Assembly: GCA_046314355.1 (NCBI GenBank)
Contig: JBKBWQ010000001.1
Coordinates: 480,001-544,000 of the forward strand
DNA: 64,000 nucleotides
DNA from: Candidatus Altimarinota bacterium
GTDB lineage: Bacteria > Patescibacteriota > Gracilibacteria > 1-14-2-50-48-13
Direction: 5' to 3'
The translations under genes were made by a program, and so were the position numbers. This document shows, piece by piece, positions 31,809-41,651 of the stretch; position 1 is the first letter of the stretch; each line of letters begins with the position of its first letter. The notes beneath the pieces are model-generated. The model saw only the letters and a program-made list of their open reading frames with translations. It was not told the DNA's origin and ran no database searches.

Positions 31809-33417
31809 AAGAATACTTTTTTCTGGATAAGTAGAAAATCCAAAGACAGAATGTAGTCATTGAAATAACACTAAGTAGAAATCCTATTCTTTGGTATTGA
31901 GTGAACTCAAGCCTCAATTCAACACAGCCAGGCTTCGATAGTGGGACAGTGATAAACGGACGCGATGTATCAATATCTACTTTGACATTCTCTACATATG
32001 CTTTCCAATATGGGAAATAATAAAGCGGAAATGTGACTTTACTATCCATAGAAGTATCTGTAAGACATCGCTGATATGTGAGTGTTTGAGCATTCTTAAG
32101 ATCTTTATCTTTAGTGGAAACACTTGTTGGAGATCCTTCAGCATGAATATTGAGATATTCATCTCCTACTGTAGTTCTTTTATCTTCTCTCAATATCTGC
32201 TCTGGAGTAGATATCGGCTCTGAATAATAATCCCAATGCTGATAGTGCAATAAGTGTGAGGCAGCTAAAATACAAATAGAACCGTACATGAGTATAGATG
32301 CATATTTCTTATATTTTTTGAAAAAAACCTCTACAATGTAGGTAGTATTCCATAAGGCAAATACAGAAAAGAAAAGCATTAATCTCCATGGAAACTGCAC
32401 GAGATGCAGTATAGGAAACATATCCCATACAACATGGCTCACAGGAAACATCATACAAAAACTAATAGTACTAAATACGAAAGCTGTAAGACCGGATGGG
32501 TTAGATATATAAGCTGCCTTCTCTTTTACGGCAGTAAATATATTCGCAATAGGCAGAAGAAGTACTATAGGACTGATGTATATCAATGCTTTACTATCAA
32601 AAAGGAGGTTTTTTAATTCTAGAAAGTTTCTCTCATACACAAATTTACCTAAAGTAAGATCTCCAATACGTACATACGCTCCATCAAATACAGCGGGAAG
32701 CAAGAAAAACATAGCAGTACCAAATGAACACAAGACACATAGAGCGATCTCAAACAATCTTCTATCTTTGAAAGTACCATATTCATTTCTAAAAAATAAG
32801 AGCCCTAGTACTAATAAACAAGGCAGTCCCAGCATTACCGTAATATTGTGCGAGAGAAGGAAGAAAAGAAGAAAAATGAACAGCATACAGTAGCTTTTGA
32901 TACCAGGATGCTTTATCACTCTCACTAAGCCCCATAAAACAACAGGAAACAGCATAAAAGCGCTATATTCAGCAAAGGAGTTTCTGGAAAAAAGATCTAC
33001 AAATTTATATGGAGTAAACATCAAAAACAACGCGCCTATGAGGGCAAATTCCTTTGAAATAAATGCTTTAAGAAACTGGTAAAAACCATATGCGCCTCCT
33101 AATCCAAGCATAACAACAACAATTTTTACTGCAGTAATGAGATCTACCTGTAAAAAAGAAACAAGCGTCGTAAGAAAAAGGAAGAGTGGTGCATAAAACA
33201 CGAAGATAGGTGATCCATATCCCATATAAAGATCAGATGCCATTCTTGGTATACCATGTGATAATAGTGCCTCTTTATATTCAACGAGCCTTACCAGTTC
33301 CAGCTGAAGATCATGTCCGATTGGAAAACCTTCTTTAAGGAGAGGAATAGCGCTGATAAGCGAAGCTATAACTAGAGTCAGGAGGACTCGATAGCGGGAG
33401 AGAAAAGTAAAGAACAT
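31807..33417 (-). CDS. GT-C-type polytopic membrane glycosyltransferase (PTPS-related/YfhO-like family)
   Basis: GHD motif in the first loop, GYGSPIFVFYAPL, R-x-x-x-AE, SHNIT and QFPWR motifs, many TM helices, and a C-terminal YYFPYWKAYV segment. Start taken as MFFTF (33417) to avoid overlap with the upstream gene. Confidence 0.75.
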   Translation of the reverse strand: MFFTFLSRYRVLLTLVIASLISAIPLLKEGFPIGHDLQLELVRLVEYKEALLSHGIPRMASDLYMGYGSPIFVFYAPLFLFLTTLVSFLQVDLITAVKIVVVMLGLGGAYGFYQFLKAFISKEFALIGALFLMFTPYKFVDLFSRNSFAEYSAFMLFPVVLWGLVRVIKHPGIKSYCMLFIFLLFFLLSHNITVMLGLPCLLVLGLLFFRNEYGTFKDRRLFEIALCVLCSFGTAMFFLLPAVFDGAYVRIGDLTLGKFVYERNFLELKNLLFDSKALIYISPIVLLLPIANIFTAVKEKAAYISNPSGLTAFVFSTISFCMMFPVSHVVWDMFPILHLVQFPWRLMLFFSVFALWNTTYIVEVFFKKYKKYASILMYGSICILAASHLLHYQHWDYYSEPISTPEQILREDKRTTVGDEYLNIHAEGSPTSVSTKDKDLKNAQTLTYQRCLTDTSMDSKVTFPLYYFPYWKAYVENVKVDIDTSRPFITVPLSKPGCVELRLEFTQYQRIGFLLSVISMTTFCLWIFYLSRKKYS

Positions 33418-33427
33418 ACAAGAGTTA

Positions 33428-33985
33428 TTAGATGATTTCAGGTTTTCTAGTATGAAGAGTCTTAGTCTGTACTGCTTGCCAGTCAATTCGAGGCGACAAA
33501 AGACCTGAGCCGCCCGCCCTATCAAGTAAGATATCATCTTTTACAATAATTCTATGAGCTTCAACCTTTACTATTTCACTTCTATGAATGAGAAAGGACT
33601 GCAGTTTTGAAAAGAGAAACCGCTTCTCAACATCTATTTGTATTAAAGACAAATTGTTTGCATCAAAAAGAAAATCTTCAACATTTCCTATAAACATTCC
33701 CGTTTCAGTATAGACAGAAGTAGACAGAATTTTGATACCGTCTACTTTGTCTACTTGCGGAACGTTTTCTTTACCTATAGTGGTTTGCGGCTCTCGAGAT
33801 GTGAATGTAAGCTGGTCAGATGGAACGATAAACTTTCTTGAAAGCGGAGAACGTATGACCTCACACGCAGTACACACAAGGTTTTTTGGGTCAAAGAGCA
33901 TACTTCTTATTCTGCCTATATATAGATCTGTTTTATAGATCCTTACCTTTTTCCAGCGAAGTTTTCTGAATGCTATTAATGCCAT
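33428..33985 (-). CDS. PRC-barrel domain protein (two barrels)
   Basis: IGRIRSMLFDP and VYTETGMFIGNVEDFLFD...IHRSEIVKVEAHRIIVKD are PRC-barrel patterns. Confidence 0.75.
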   Translation of the reverse strand: MALIAFRKLRWKKVRIYKTDLYIGRIRSMLFDPKNLVCTACEVIRSPLSRKFIVPSDQLTFTSREPQTTIGKENVPQVDKVDGIKILSTSVYTETGMFIGNVEDFLFDANNLSLIQIDVEKRFLFSKLQSFLIHRSEIVKVEAHRIIVKDDILLDRAGGSGLLSPRIDWQAVQTKTLHTRKPEII

Positions 33986-33997
33986 AGAGCCTCATTA

Positions 33998-36900
33998 TCA
34001 TTGTGTAGAATCGTCGTCTTCAGTAATGGGTGGGATAGGTTTATCTTGAGGTGTGAATTCTATATTTACAGTACGCTGTGCAGAGTTTCCATTACTGTCA
34101 AGCGCTCTGAAGCTAAATAGCTGAGGTCCTGCCTTATAGAATTTTGGATTCACATAGATAGAGTAGGTATATGGTTCACCAGTAAAGACTTTTATTAATT
34201 CACCATTCATATATACTTCTAGCTTTGCAATCCTGCTTTGTTCATCGTAAGCATCAAGGTTTACCACTAACTGTTCTCCTAAAGAGACTTTCGTACCATC
34301 AACAGGAGAGGTAACATTGAGTACTGGTCCTTTATTATCCCCTTCTATTTTGACCGCAGATTGTGCCTCTGCAGTATTAAAGTTTTGATCAGTGAGTACG
34401 ACACGGATAGTATGTGAATTAGTATCATTAGGTATAGTTACATAGCCGACATTAAACGGCTCCACTTCCCTCGTCATCTGTGTGGTACCATCAAGCATAT
34501 AGTCTACTCTTTTTACTCCAAGAGGAGCAGTAACCTGTACTTTGACATTTACCTTTCCAACACTTACAGTTCCAAAATTTACAGGGGAGACGATACTTAT
34601 TTTTGGCGCCTGTTCTTCATCTACTTTTTTACATAAAGGACTCTCTTCATTTGAGTAAGCTCCTCCTCCAGTCGCAATACCTCGGCCAGCCGCCCATGCT
34701 CTTACTGGGTCCTCCCAGTTCTTCCACTCAGGTTTTTCAGAATGAACATTATAAGTTGATACTTCTTTTACAGCAGCAGCGGGACACTCATCAGTTGCTC
34801 TAAGATTATTTCTTATATCAATCTTTATACTTCTTGCAGCTGCATCAAAGTCCTTTGGAGCTGACCAGCTTGAGAAAATATCCTTTGAAGAGTACTCAGA
34901 CGGTGTTGCCTTTGAGGTTCGAAGCCCGGAAAGCTTACTTACCGCTACAGAGACGATTCCCTCAGGTCTCGTAAAATCTTTTTTATCCTTACCGGCATGA
35001 AATTTAATCATAAAGTCCTTCCAAGTCGGCGCACTTACATTAAGTCCATCAGATGTAGGAGGCAGTGCAGATCCGTCATTATTACCTGACCATACAGCCA
35101 CAGAAACATATTTACTATATCCTACTGTCCAGAGATCAGATGGCAGGATCTTTTTACCTCCGTTAAAACTCTTGTTAGAAGTACCTGTCTTAGCTGCCAC
35201 TGTTTGTCCTGGTATATTCAATGCATCTCTCCAGAATCCTGCAGGACGAGCTTCCCTATCAGAAAGGATATCACTAATCTCATAGGCTATCTGAGAATCC
35301 ATTACCTCACTCTTATGCTCATCAGGATTCCACTGCATTACTATATTATTATCCGAGTCACGTATTTCCATAATAGCCGTAGGCTCTACCCAGACTCCGT
35401 CATTTCCGAAAGATGCATATCCGGCAGCCATATCTAGAGGTCGTACTTCTCCTGTACCAATGGCGAGAGGATAACCATAATAGAATTTTTCATTATCAGG
35501 TTTTCCTTCATTTGTTTTATCACGGGTTTCTTTAAGGTAGCCAAATCCAAACTTTCCCATGAAATCAAGAAGTGCATCCTCTCCTCCACCTAGGATAAGA
35601 GCCTTTACAGCTGTAATATTTCTTGAATATGCGAGAGCATTTCGGATCTTCATAGGTCCCATCTGCTGATTGTCATAGTTATTAGGAGAATAACCTCCAA
35701 ACTTTGTCTTTAAATCCCATAACACACTTCCAGGTCCATATTTACCTTGAAACAGAAGTGCATACACAAAAGGTTTAAAGCTTGAACCTGGCTGTCGTTT
35801 TCTTGTAATAATGTTCACATTTCCATCATTTTCTTTATCCCAATAATCTCTAGAACCAACCATAGCAAGAATTTTTCCTGTACCTGGCTCTACTGCTACC
35901 ATTGCTTGATTCTGAATCTTATATTTTGAAGCAGCAGTATCTCCTCCTTTTTTAATAGCTGCTTCAGCCATCTCCTGTACTTTTGGATCAATGGAAGTTC
36001 TTACCACATAACCTTTTGAACTTATATCTTCTCCAAACTTTTGCTCAAGAACCTCTTTTACATACATTACAAAATGCGGATATCTGATTCTTTCTACATA
36101 GGGCTTAAATACTATATTGTGAGACTCTTTCCATGCCTGATCCATCTCTTCCTTAGTAATATATTTCTCTTCATACATTTTTTCTAAGACAAGATCCTTA
36201 CGCCCCTTCACGTAGTTTACATCATTTATATCCTTACAGTTTCCTAAACCTTTATATATTTCTGAATTTCCTGATGAGACCTGAGCTCCTGAGGATGCTG
36301 CAAGCGCAGGAAGATCGCTTTTTTTGATAGTAAATGTTTTATCAGATGGAAACTTGATCTTCGTTTCATCCTGATAAATCTCAAAACTCTTATTTCCTGA
36401 TGAGAACGTAAGAGCATCTGTAGCTTTTACATCTATCTGCTCTCCTTTTTCAAGGGTACCCTCATACTGTTTATCTCCATTATCACTTGTGATTTTTAGC
36501 CACACACGATCAATAGCTACCACTGTAAGTTCCATATCAGATGATGCAACAGGAGCTTTATTCGTATTACTATTTGGTGTTGACTTATCTCCTGCATCCC
36601 CCACATTTACCCCCTGAGATCCAGCCGGTTTACAATATCCGATAAGCTCATCCGTATGCTGACCATATGGTGAAAAATATGATGGCGCCTGAGGAACAGC
36701 AGCAATAATAGCAGATTCAGCGATACTCAAATCCTTCGCATGTTTATTAAAGAATGTCAGCGCTCCTCTTTCAATTCCATGAACTGTTGAGCCTAAACTC
36801 AACTGATTGAGGTAGAGTTCAAGAATTTTATCCTTGGTATATTTTCTCTCTACTTGAAACGCGAGGATCGCTTCTTTGATCTTTCTAGTAGGTGTTTTTG

Positions 36901-37366
36901 CAGGGTCCTTAAGTACAAGGTTCTTTACGAGCTGCTGAGTAAGCGTAGAAGCACCCTGGGTAAGCTGTCTTCGAAGAATATAATTATTTACAAAAGCACG
37001 TGAAAGTCCAATAAAAGACACCCCTGGATGACTATAGAAAGATCTATCTTCTATGGCCACGATAGCATTCTTCATGTTTGTTGAAATCTCGCTTGATGCT
37101 ACATATGTTCTATTTTCCTTATCATAAAGCTTATAAATCTCGTTACCATCCTTATCAAGAATGATAGTACTCTGTGCTAGATCCTTTTCAAGAATACCAA
37201 CATCAGGCAATCCCTGCATTAGGATAATTATAAATATGATACAACCTATAAATGCCGCTGCACACAGACCGAGAATAGAAACAAGGGCAATAAAAAGCTT
37301 TGAGCGCTTACCATCCTTCTTCTTAAATTTATTCAAAAAAGCGAGCTTTATCTTAGAAAAATTCAT
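33998..37366 (-). CDS. Class A penicillin-binding protein (GT51 transglycosylase plus transpeptidase) with an inserted beta domain and two C-terminal Ig-like domains
   Basis: N-terminal TM. GT51 motifs AIEDRSFYSH, GASTLTQQLVKN, RKIKE, ILELYLN. Transpeptidase motifs SSFK, SRN, KTGT. C-terminal Ig-like units (PKISIVSP..., PVLNVTSPVDG...). Confidence 0.93.
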   Translation of the reverse strand: MNFSKIKLAFLNKFKKKDGKRSKLFIALVSILGLCAAAFIGCIIFIIILMQGLPDVGILEKDLAQSTIILDKDGNEIYKLYDKENRTYVASSEISTNMKNAIVAIEDRSFYSHPGVSFIGLSRAFVNNYILRRQLTQGASTLTQQLVKNLVLKDPAKTPTRKIKEAILAFQVERKYTKDKILELYLNQLSLGSTVHGIERGALTFFNKHAKDLSIAESAIIAAVPQAPSYFSPYGQHTDELIGYCKPAGSQGVNVGDAGDKSTPNSNTNKAPVASSDMELTVVAIDRVWLKITSDNGDKQYEGTLEKGEQIDVKATDALTFSSGNKSFEIYQDETKIKFPSDKTFTIKKSDLPALAASSGAQVSSGNSEIYKGLGNCKDINDVNYVKGRKDLVLEKMYEEKYITKEEMDQAWKESHNIVFKPYVERIRYPHFVMYVKEVLEQKFGEDISSKGYVVRTSIDPKVQEMAEAAIKKGGDTAASKYKIQNQAMVAVEPGTGKILAMVGSRDYWDKENDGNVNIITRKRQPGSSFKPFVYALLFQGKYGPGSVLWDLKTKFGGYSPNNYDNQQMGPMKIRNALAYSRNITAVKALILGGGEDALLDFMGKFGFGYLKETRDKTNEGKPDNEKFYYGYPLAIGTGEVRPLDMAAGYASFGNDGVWVEPTAIMEIRDSDNNIVMQWNPDEHKSEVMDSQIAYEISDILSDREARPAGFWRDALNIPGQTVAAKTGTSNKSFNGGKKILPSDLWTVGYSKYVSVAVWSGNNDGSALPPTSDGLNVSAPTWKDFMIKFHAGKDKKDFTRPEGIVSVAVSKLSGLRTSKATPSEYSSKDIFSSWSAPKDFDAAARSIKIDIRNNLRATDECPAAAVKEVSTYNVHSEKPEWKNWEDPVRAWAAGRGIATGGGAYSNEESPLCKKVDEEQAPKISIVSPVNFGTVSVGKVNVKVQVTAPLGVKRVDYMLDGTTQMTREVEPFNVGYVTIPNDTNSHTIRVVLTDQNFNTAEAQSAVKIEGDNKGPVLNVTSPVDGTKVSLGEQLVVNLDAYDEQSRIAKLEVYMNGELIKVFTGEPYTYSIYVNPKFYKAGPQLFSFRALDSNGNSAQRTVNIEFTPQDKPIPPITEDDDSTQ

Positions 37367-37561
37367 AATAATTGATAGAGTATGAAAACTAGAAATTATG
37401 AAAACGACTATCGTAATAGTACGAATATTTATCCCTTTTGCAATGCTTTGTCATTTATGAGAACAGTTACTCCTGAAGGTTGAATTCGTCTAAAATCCTT
37501 TTACATTTTTTTATAAGCATCTATAGTAAAAATGTGATTAAAAGATTTATTTTCCGCATCT

Positions 37562-37822
37562 ATGACTTCGAGCAAAAAAGAAAAAAATTTGAAAAATATT
37601 GGTAAACTAGTAAAAGGTATCATTATAGGAGGTGCTATAGGTTCTGTACTTGGAGTTACTCTAGCGCCAAAGAGCGGTAAAGAAACACGAACTATGCTTA
37701 AAAAAGGTTCTATAAAAGCATTCAATTCTGGTTCTCAAATGGTTTCAAATATAAAAATGCCAAAGCCGGGTCTTTCTTTTTTCAGAGGTATCCGCGCGCT
37801 TCTATTCGGTAAGAAAAAATAA
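37562..37822 (+). CDS. YtxH-like small membrane protein
   Basis: GIIIGGAIGSVLGVTLAPKSGKETR is the YtxH signature. Confidence 0.85.
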   Translation: MTSSKKEKNLKNIGKLVKGIIIGGAIGSVLGVTLAPKSGKETRTMLKKGSIKAFNSGSQMVSNIKMPKPGLSFFRGIRALLFGKKK

Positions 37823-37823
37823 T

Positions 37824-39116
37824 ATGTTTTCTCCCTCTTTCACATATAGAACAGCAGCACGCATCATTGGATTATTGATGCTCTCTTTTGCATGTCTTTC
37901 AACTGTTTCTGCGAAGGAATTTATCATTGCTCCAGAATCCAAAGAGGCTTTTATTAAAAATCTTCAGACTATTAGTAAGACGAAAATATATCTTGAAAAC
38001 AACGCTGGAGAAAAGATCACACTCCTTACTAGTGATATTGAAAAGATTCTGAATATTGAAGAAATTACAGGTCTTAAAGTGGGAAATAGTATAATACAAA
38101 TAGCTGAGACAAATAATAATACTACGACAGGAGTAAAATATGCAAAAATAAGTATCAAAGAAGATACAGATCTCCTCTCTTCATTACTAGGTGAACAGAA
38201 AAATGCTTTTTCAAAGGCAGTTGAAAATATTACAATTAAAAAGCTTCCAAACAGCAATAAGTACTCAGTGGAAGGTAAACTTCTTGATGGGTATGAGATA
38301 GATAAAGACTTATTTGAAAGCATGCTGCTCCAAATATTTAATAAGGAAAAAAATATTCGTGCAATCAAAGTACCGGAGCATTTTACTAAGGCACAGATTC
38401 TTCAGGATGGCAAACCTGAAGATGCACTAGAGCTCGTGACTCAGGGTGTTTCTGATTTTAAAGGATCATCAAAGGCAAGACTACATAACATCGTAACCGG
38501 GTATACACGCTTTCAAGGAATTGTAATAGAGCCAAATGCAGTTTTTAGTTTTAATGATATTCTAGGACCAGTGGATGCTTCCACCGGCTATGCAAAAGAA
38601 CTTGTGATAAAAGGACCAAAGACTGTTCCAGACTGGGGAGGTGGTGTCTGCCAGGTATCATCTACAGTCTTCCGTGCCGCACTTAATGCCGGACTACCTA
38701 TAGTAGAAAGAAGAAATCATTCTTATGCCGTTTCATATTATGAGCCTTGGGGTACAGATGCGACAATCTACCCAGGAGTACAGGATCTGCAGTTCAAAAA
38801 TGACACTGCATCACCTATTATCATGCATATTTATCATGAAGGGACAACTCTCTATGTAAATTTCTATGGTAAAAAAGACGGAAGACAGGTACAACTAGAT
38901 GGACCTACAGTATATAACCGACGAGGGACTCCAGCTCCAACTGTTGAGACAACCACTTCCCTGCCGACTGGTAAGCAGGTACTCAAAGAATACGGACATG
39001 CTGGATTCTCGGCTTACTGGATACGGACAATTACAAAAGCTACTGGTGAGAAAGTCACTGATAAGTTCAATAGTGTCTACGAAGCTCGTCCTGGTCATGT
39101 ACTCCGAGGAGCATAA
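37824..39116 (+). CDS. VanW family protein
   Basis: R-x-HNI, FSFNDILG, GGGVCQVSSTVF, ERRNHS, GTDATIY and DLQFKN motifs; N-terminal signal peptide. Confidence 0.92.
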   Translation: MFSPSFTYRTAARIIGLLMLSFACLSTVSAKEFIIAPESKEAFIKNLQTISKTKIYLENNAGEKITLLTSDIEKILNIEEITGLKVGNSIIQIAETNNNTTTGVKYAKISIKEDTDLLSSLLGEQKNAFSKAVENITIKKLPNSNKYSVEGKLLDGYEIDKDLFESMLLQIFNKEKNIRAIKVPEHFTKAQILQDGKPEDALELVTQGVSDFKGSSKARLHNIVTGYTRFQGIVIEPNAVFSFNDILGPVDASTGYAKELVIKGPKTVPDWGGGVCQVSSTVFRAALNAGLPIVERRNHSYAVSYYEPWGTDATIYPGVQDLQFKNDTASPIIMHIYHEGTTLYVNFYGKKDGRQVQLDGPTVYNRRGTPAPTVETTTSLPTGKQVLKEYGHAGFSAYWIRTITKATGEKVTDKFNSVYEARPGHVLRGA

Positions 39117-39143
39117 CTCTATTTCTATATTTTTATACCTATA

Positions 39144-39734
39144 ATGGAACTATTCTGGCACGGTGAAGATACTTGTATGATAAATACAGGAAAGTCTGCA
39201 CAGATTCTAATAAATCCACATACATCCACTACCTCTGGTAAAAAGAACTCCGTAATCATCCTTAACTCAGAGGATAGAACTAAATACGCAAAAATTGATG
39301 CAGATACTTACGTTGTAGACTGGCCAGGTGAATATGAGGTAGCAGACTGCCTTATCACTGGAGTTGAAATTCGTGAAGAAGATCTATTGCTTAAGACTGC
39401 CTACAACATTCATCTCCCTGAGGATATTAGTATTGCAGTTGTAGGTGATGTTTCAAAAGTACTTGGAGGAGAAGAAATAGAACTTCTCGGTTCCGCTGAT
39501 ATCCTCGTGCTATCTTTAAAGAATCTTGATCCAAAGGATGCACATAAGATTGTAGATCATGTTGAACCGCACTTTGTTGTACCTGTAGATTATAAAGATG
39601 AAGAGACTCTAGAAAATTTTCTAAAGACGCTCGGTGTAACACAGCTCCCAGAGAAAAAATCTTCATTAAAACTTTCAAAAAGCGATATCCCTGAAATAGG
39701 TATTACAGCAGTAGTACTCGATCAGCAGAAGTAA
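39144..39734 (+). CDS. Metallo-beta-lactamase-fold protein (Lactamase_B_3-like), metal ligands apparently lost
   Basis: MELFWHG, ILINP, DWPGEYEV, VVGD, ADIL and VEPHFVVP follow the family pattern, but no HxHxDH motif is present. Confidence 0.7.
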   Translation: MELFWHGEDTCMINTGKSAQILINPHTSTTSGKKNSVIILNSEDRTKYAKIDADTYVVDWPGEYEVADCLITGVEIREEDLLLKTAYNIHLPEDISIAVVGDVSKVLGGEEIELLGSADILVLSLKNLDPKDAHKIVDHVEPHFVVPVDYKDEETLENFLKTLGVTQLPEKKSSLKLSKSDIPEIGITAVVLDQQK

Positions 39735-39748
39735 TCATGTTCTCTCTC

Positions 39749-39782
39749 ATAAGCTGTATACCGCTCACGGTATGCAGCTTAT
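39749..39782. terminator. Probable bidirectional terminator hairpin
   Basis: ATAAGCTGTATACCG-ctca-CGGTATGCAGCTTAT between convergent genes. Confidence 0.75.
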
Positions 39783-41599
39783 TTTGTATAAAGCAGATTC
39801 ATGACAACATCTCCATTCTGCTCTAGACGTCCAAGATTGAGTGTTCCCTTCGAATAAGTATCGCTTACGGTTCCTTGAAGAAGAAAAGGTACCTTTGAAT
39901 TTGCAGCAGAAGGATATATATTCATACAATATGTCTTTCCCTTCGAATCCGGGATAGGATCAAAATCTACAGTATAATACCCTTCAGCAATAAAAAGTTC
40001 TGAACGCATATCACGGCTCTGAAGTACATTAAGACACTCTTCATCTCTCAAAATAAACCGAATTGGACTGTCCGTTTTTTTAGAAAATGCAGGAAGATAG
40101 ATGGATACACCCTTGAGGTTATTTTTATCTGATGTAAAAGTCTGATACAGATTATTCCGCGGCGTAACTTCTAGAATAGTACCGCCAGATCCATTGGTAG
40201 GTAAAGCTATCGGCACACTCACCATATCATAATATCTCTCATTGAGAGCCATCCAAGTGGCAGCAAAGCTGCAAAAAGTGATTATAACAAAAGCTATCTT
40301 CAGATGTGATGCCTTTATTTTCAGATGATAAAAACTCAGTAAAAGGAGTGGAAATAGTGGAAGCAGGTATTTTCCCTGCATAAAAGACACAAGTGTACCT
40401 CCTACTGGATCATCTAATATATAAAGAATAGCAAACAGCATCGAGGAACAAAGAGCAAAGAGACCTGCAAAGAACCATCTTCTTTTGCCACTTAACGGTA
40501 CATCCTCGTGCGCACCGCAAAGAAGAAATACTGCAAAGATAATAAGCAGCAGATAGTGCAGATTATAAAGCGGATAATCCATCCATCCTAAAATACCAAA
40601 AAGATTTTTCCAATAAAAATCAAAGGAAGTATTTATAGAATTTACGAGTGTCTGAATAAATGCAAAAGGATGCTGAAGAATATGCATCATCTGCGCTTCC
40701 CTATCTACAAGTCCGCTATTTCCATAATTTCCAATCGAGAAAAGACTTCTTAGAATCAATAAAAATACAACGTGAGCAATTACAAACGCTGAAGTAAATA
40801 ATGCATACGCTTTTGTGGAAGAAAACCTCTTTCTTGGCAGAAGAAAAATAAGGAGACTTAAGAATATAAATCCTATCTTTGCGTGAATCGCAAAAAGTGA
40901 AAATAGACAAAATACTGATAGTTCTTTGTATGAGAATTTTCCTTTCCGATCAGAATAACTTAATTCTAAGATCCATGCATAAAAAAAGAATAGAAGAGAG
41001 TAATGCATAGCATCCAGACTATAGGATGATATTTGCTGTATAAACATTGGAAGTAGAGCTACAAACATGAATACAGGTTTTCCGAAAGGCAGCTTCCTCA
41101 GTGCAAAAAAGATAATACTAACAGCCGCAATAAGATTAGCTGCTCTTCCAAGGTAAAAAATACCCAAAAGTGAAAGCCCAAGCAATTTCCCTAGCAAGAT
41201 TCCCAATGCTTGCGGAATACTGCTCCAAGCAGGAGATTCACAAAAAGGATGTTCTGCAAAAACCTTATCATTTTCATTTACTGCGACAAAAGATCCTCTC
41301 TGAATTTCTTCCTTTTGAATCTTTATGTCAGAATGATATGGAAGCTTTTCCACTCCCATGATCTTACCAGCCTCCCATGCGCTCCGAGGAATATACATAC
41401 CTGGTTTTCCTGCCGCATTCTTGGTACAAAGTATATTTCCTTCAGAAAGAGCATATGCTTTATTGAAATGATTATATTCATCCATGACCTGAAATGGAGG
41501 CATGTGAAACACCATAAATAACCCGAATACACATGCAATCGGAAGATAATAGAATTCTAGAGGAAGATGGGAAAGTTTTCTAAAAAAAGCAGGAATCAT
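39779..41599 (-). CDS. DUF2142-like GT-C membrane glycosyltransferase with a C-terminal soluble beta domain
   Basis: PPFQVMDEYNHF, PQALG, YLGR, LLPM...SYSLD, GILGWMD and QGKYLLP motifs; polytopic. Start taken at MIPAFF. Confidence 0.75.
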   Translation of the reverse strand: MIPAFFRKLSHLPLEFYYLPIACVFGLFMVFHMPPFQVMDEYNHFNKAYALSEGNILCTKNAAGKPGMYIPRSAWEAGKIMGVEKLPYHSDIKIQKEEIQRGSFVAVNENDKVFAEHPFCESPAWSSIPQALGILLGKLLGLSLLGIFYLGRAANLIAAVSIIFFALRKLPFGKPVFMFVALLPMFIQQISSYSLDAMHYSLLFFFYAWILELSYSDRKGKFSYKELSVFCLFSLFAIHAKIGFIFLSLLIFLLPRKRFSSTKAYALFTSAFVIAHVVFLLILRSLFSIGNYGNSGLVDREAQMMHILQHPFAFIQTLVNSINTSFDFYWKNLFGILGWMDYPLYNLHYLLLIIFAVFLLCGAHEDVPLSGKRRWFFAGLFALCSSMLFAILYILDDPVGGTLVSFMQGKYLLPLFPLLLLSFYHLKIKASHLKIAFVIITFCSFAATWMALNERYYDMVSVPIALPTNGSGGTILEVTPRNNLYQTFTSDKNNLKGVSIYLPAFSKKTDSPIRFILRDEECLNVLQSRDMRSELFIAEGYYTVDFDPIPDSKGKTYCMNIYPSAANSKVPFLLQGTVSDTYSKGTLNLGRLEQNGDVVMNLLYTK

Positions 41600-41651
41600 A
41601 ATGTACAGGATAAGAAGCGTATATTGTATGTAGCACGAACCAACAGGAAAC

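Noticed and set aside
37824-39116. VanW as evidence of vancomycin resistance
   Set aside because: VanW-domain proteins are widespread, and no vanHAX or vanRS genes are present.
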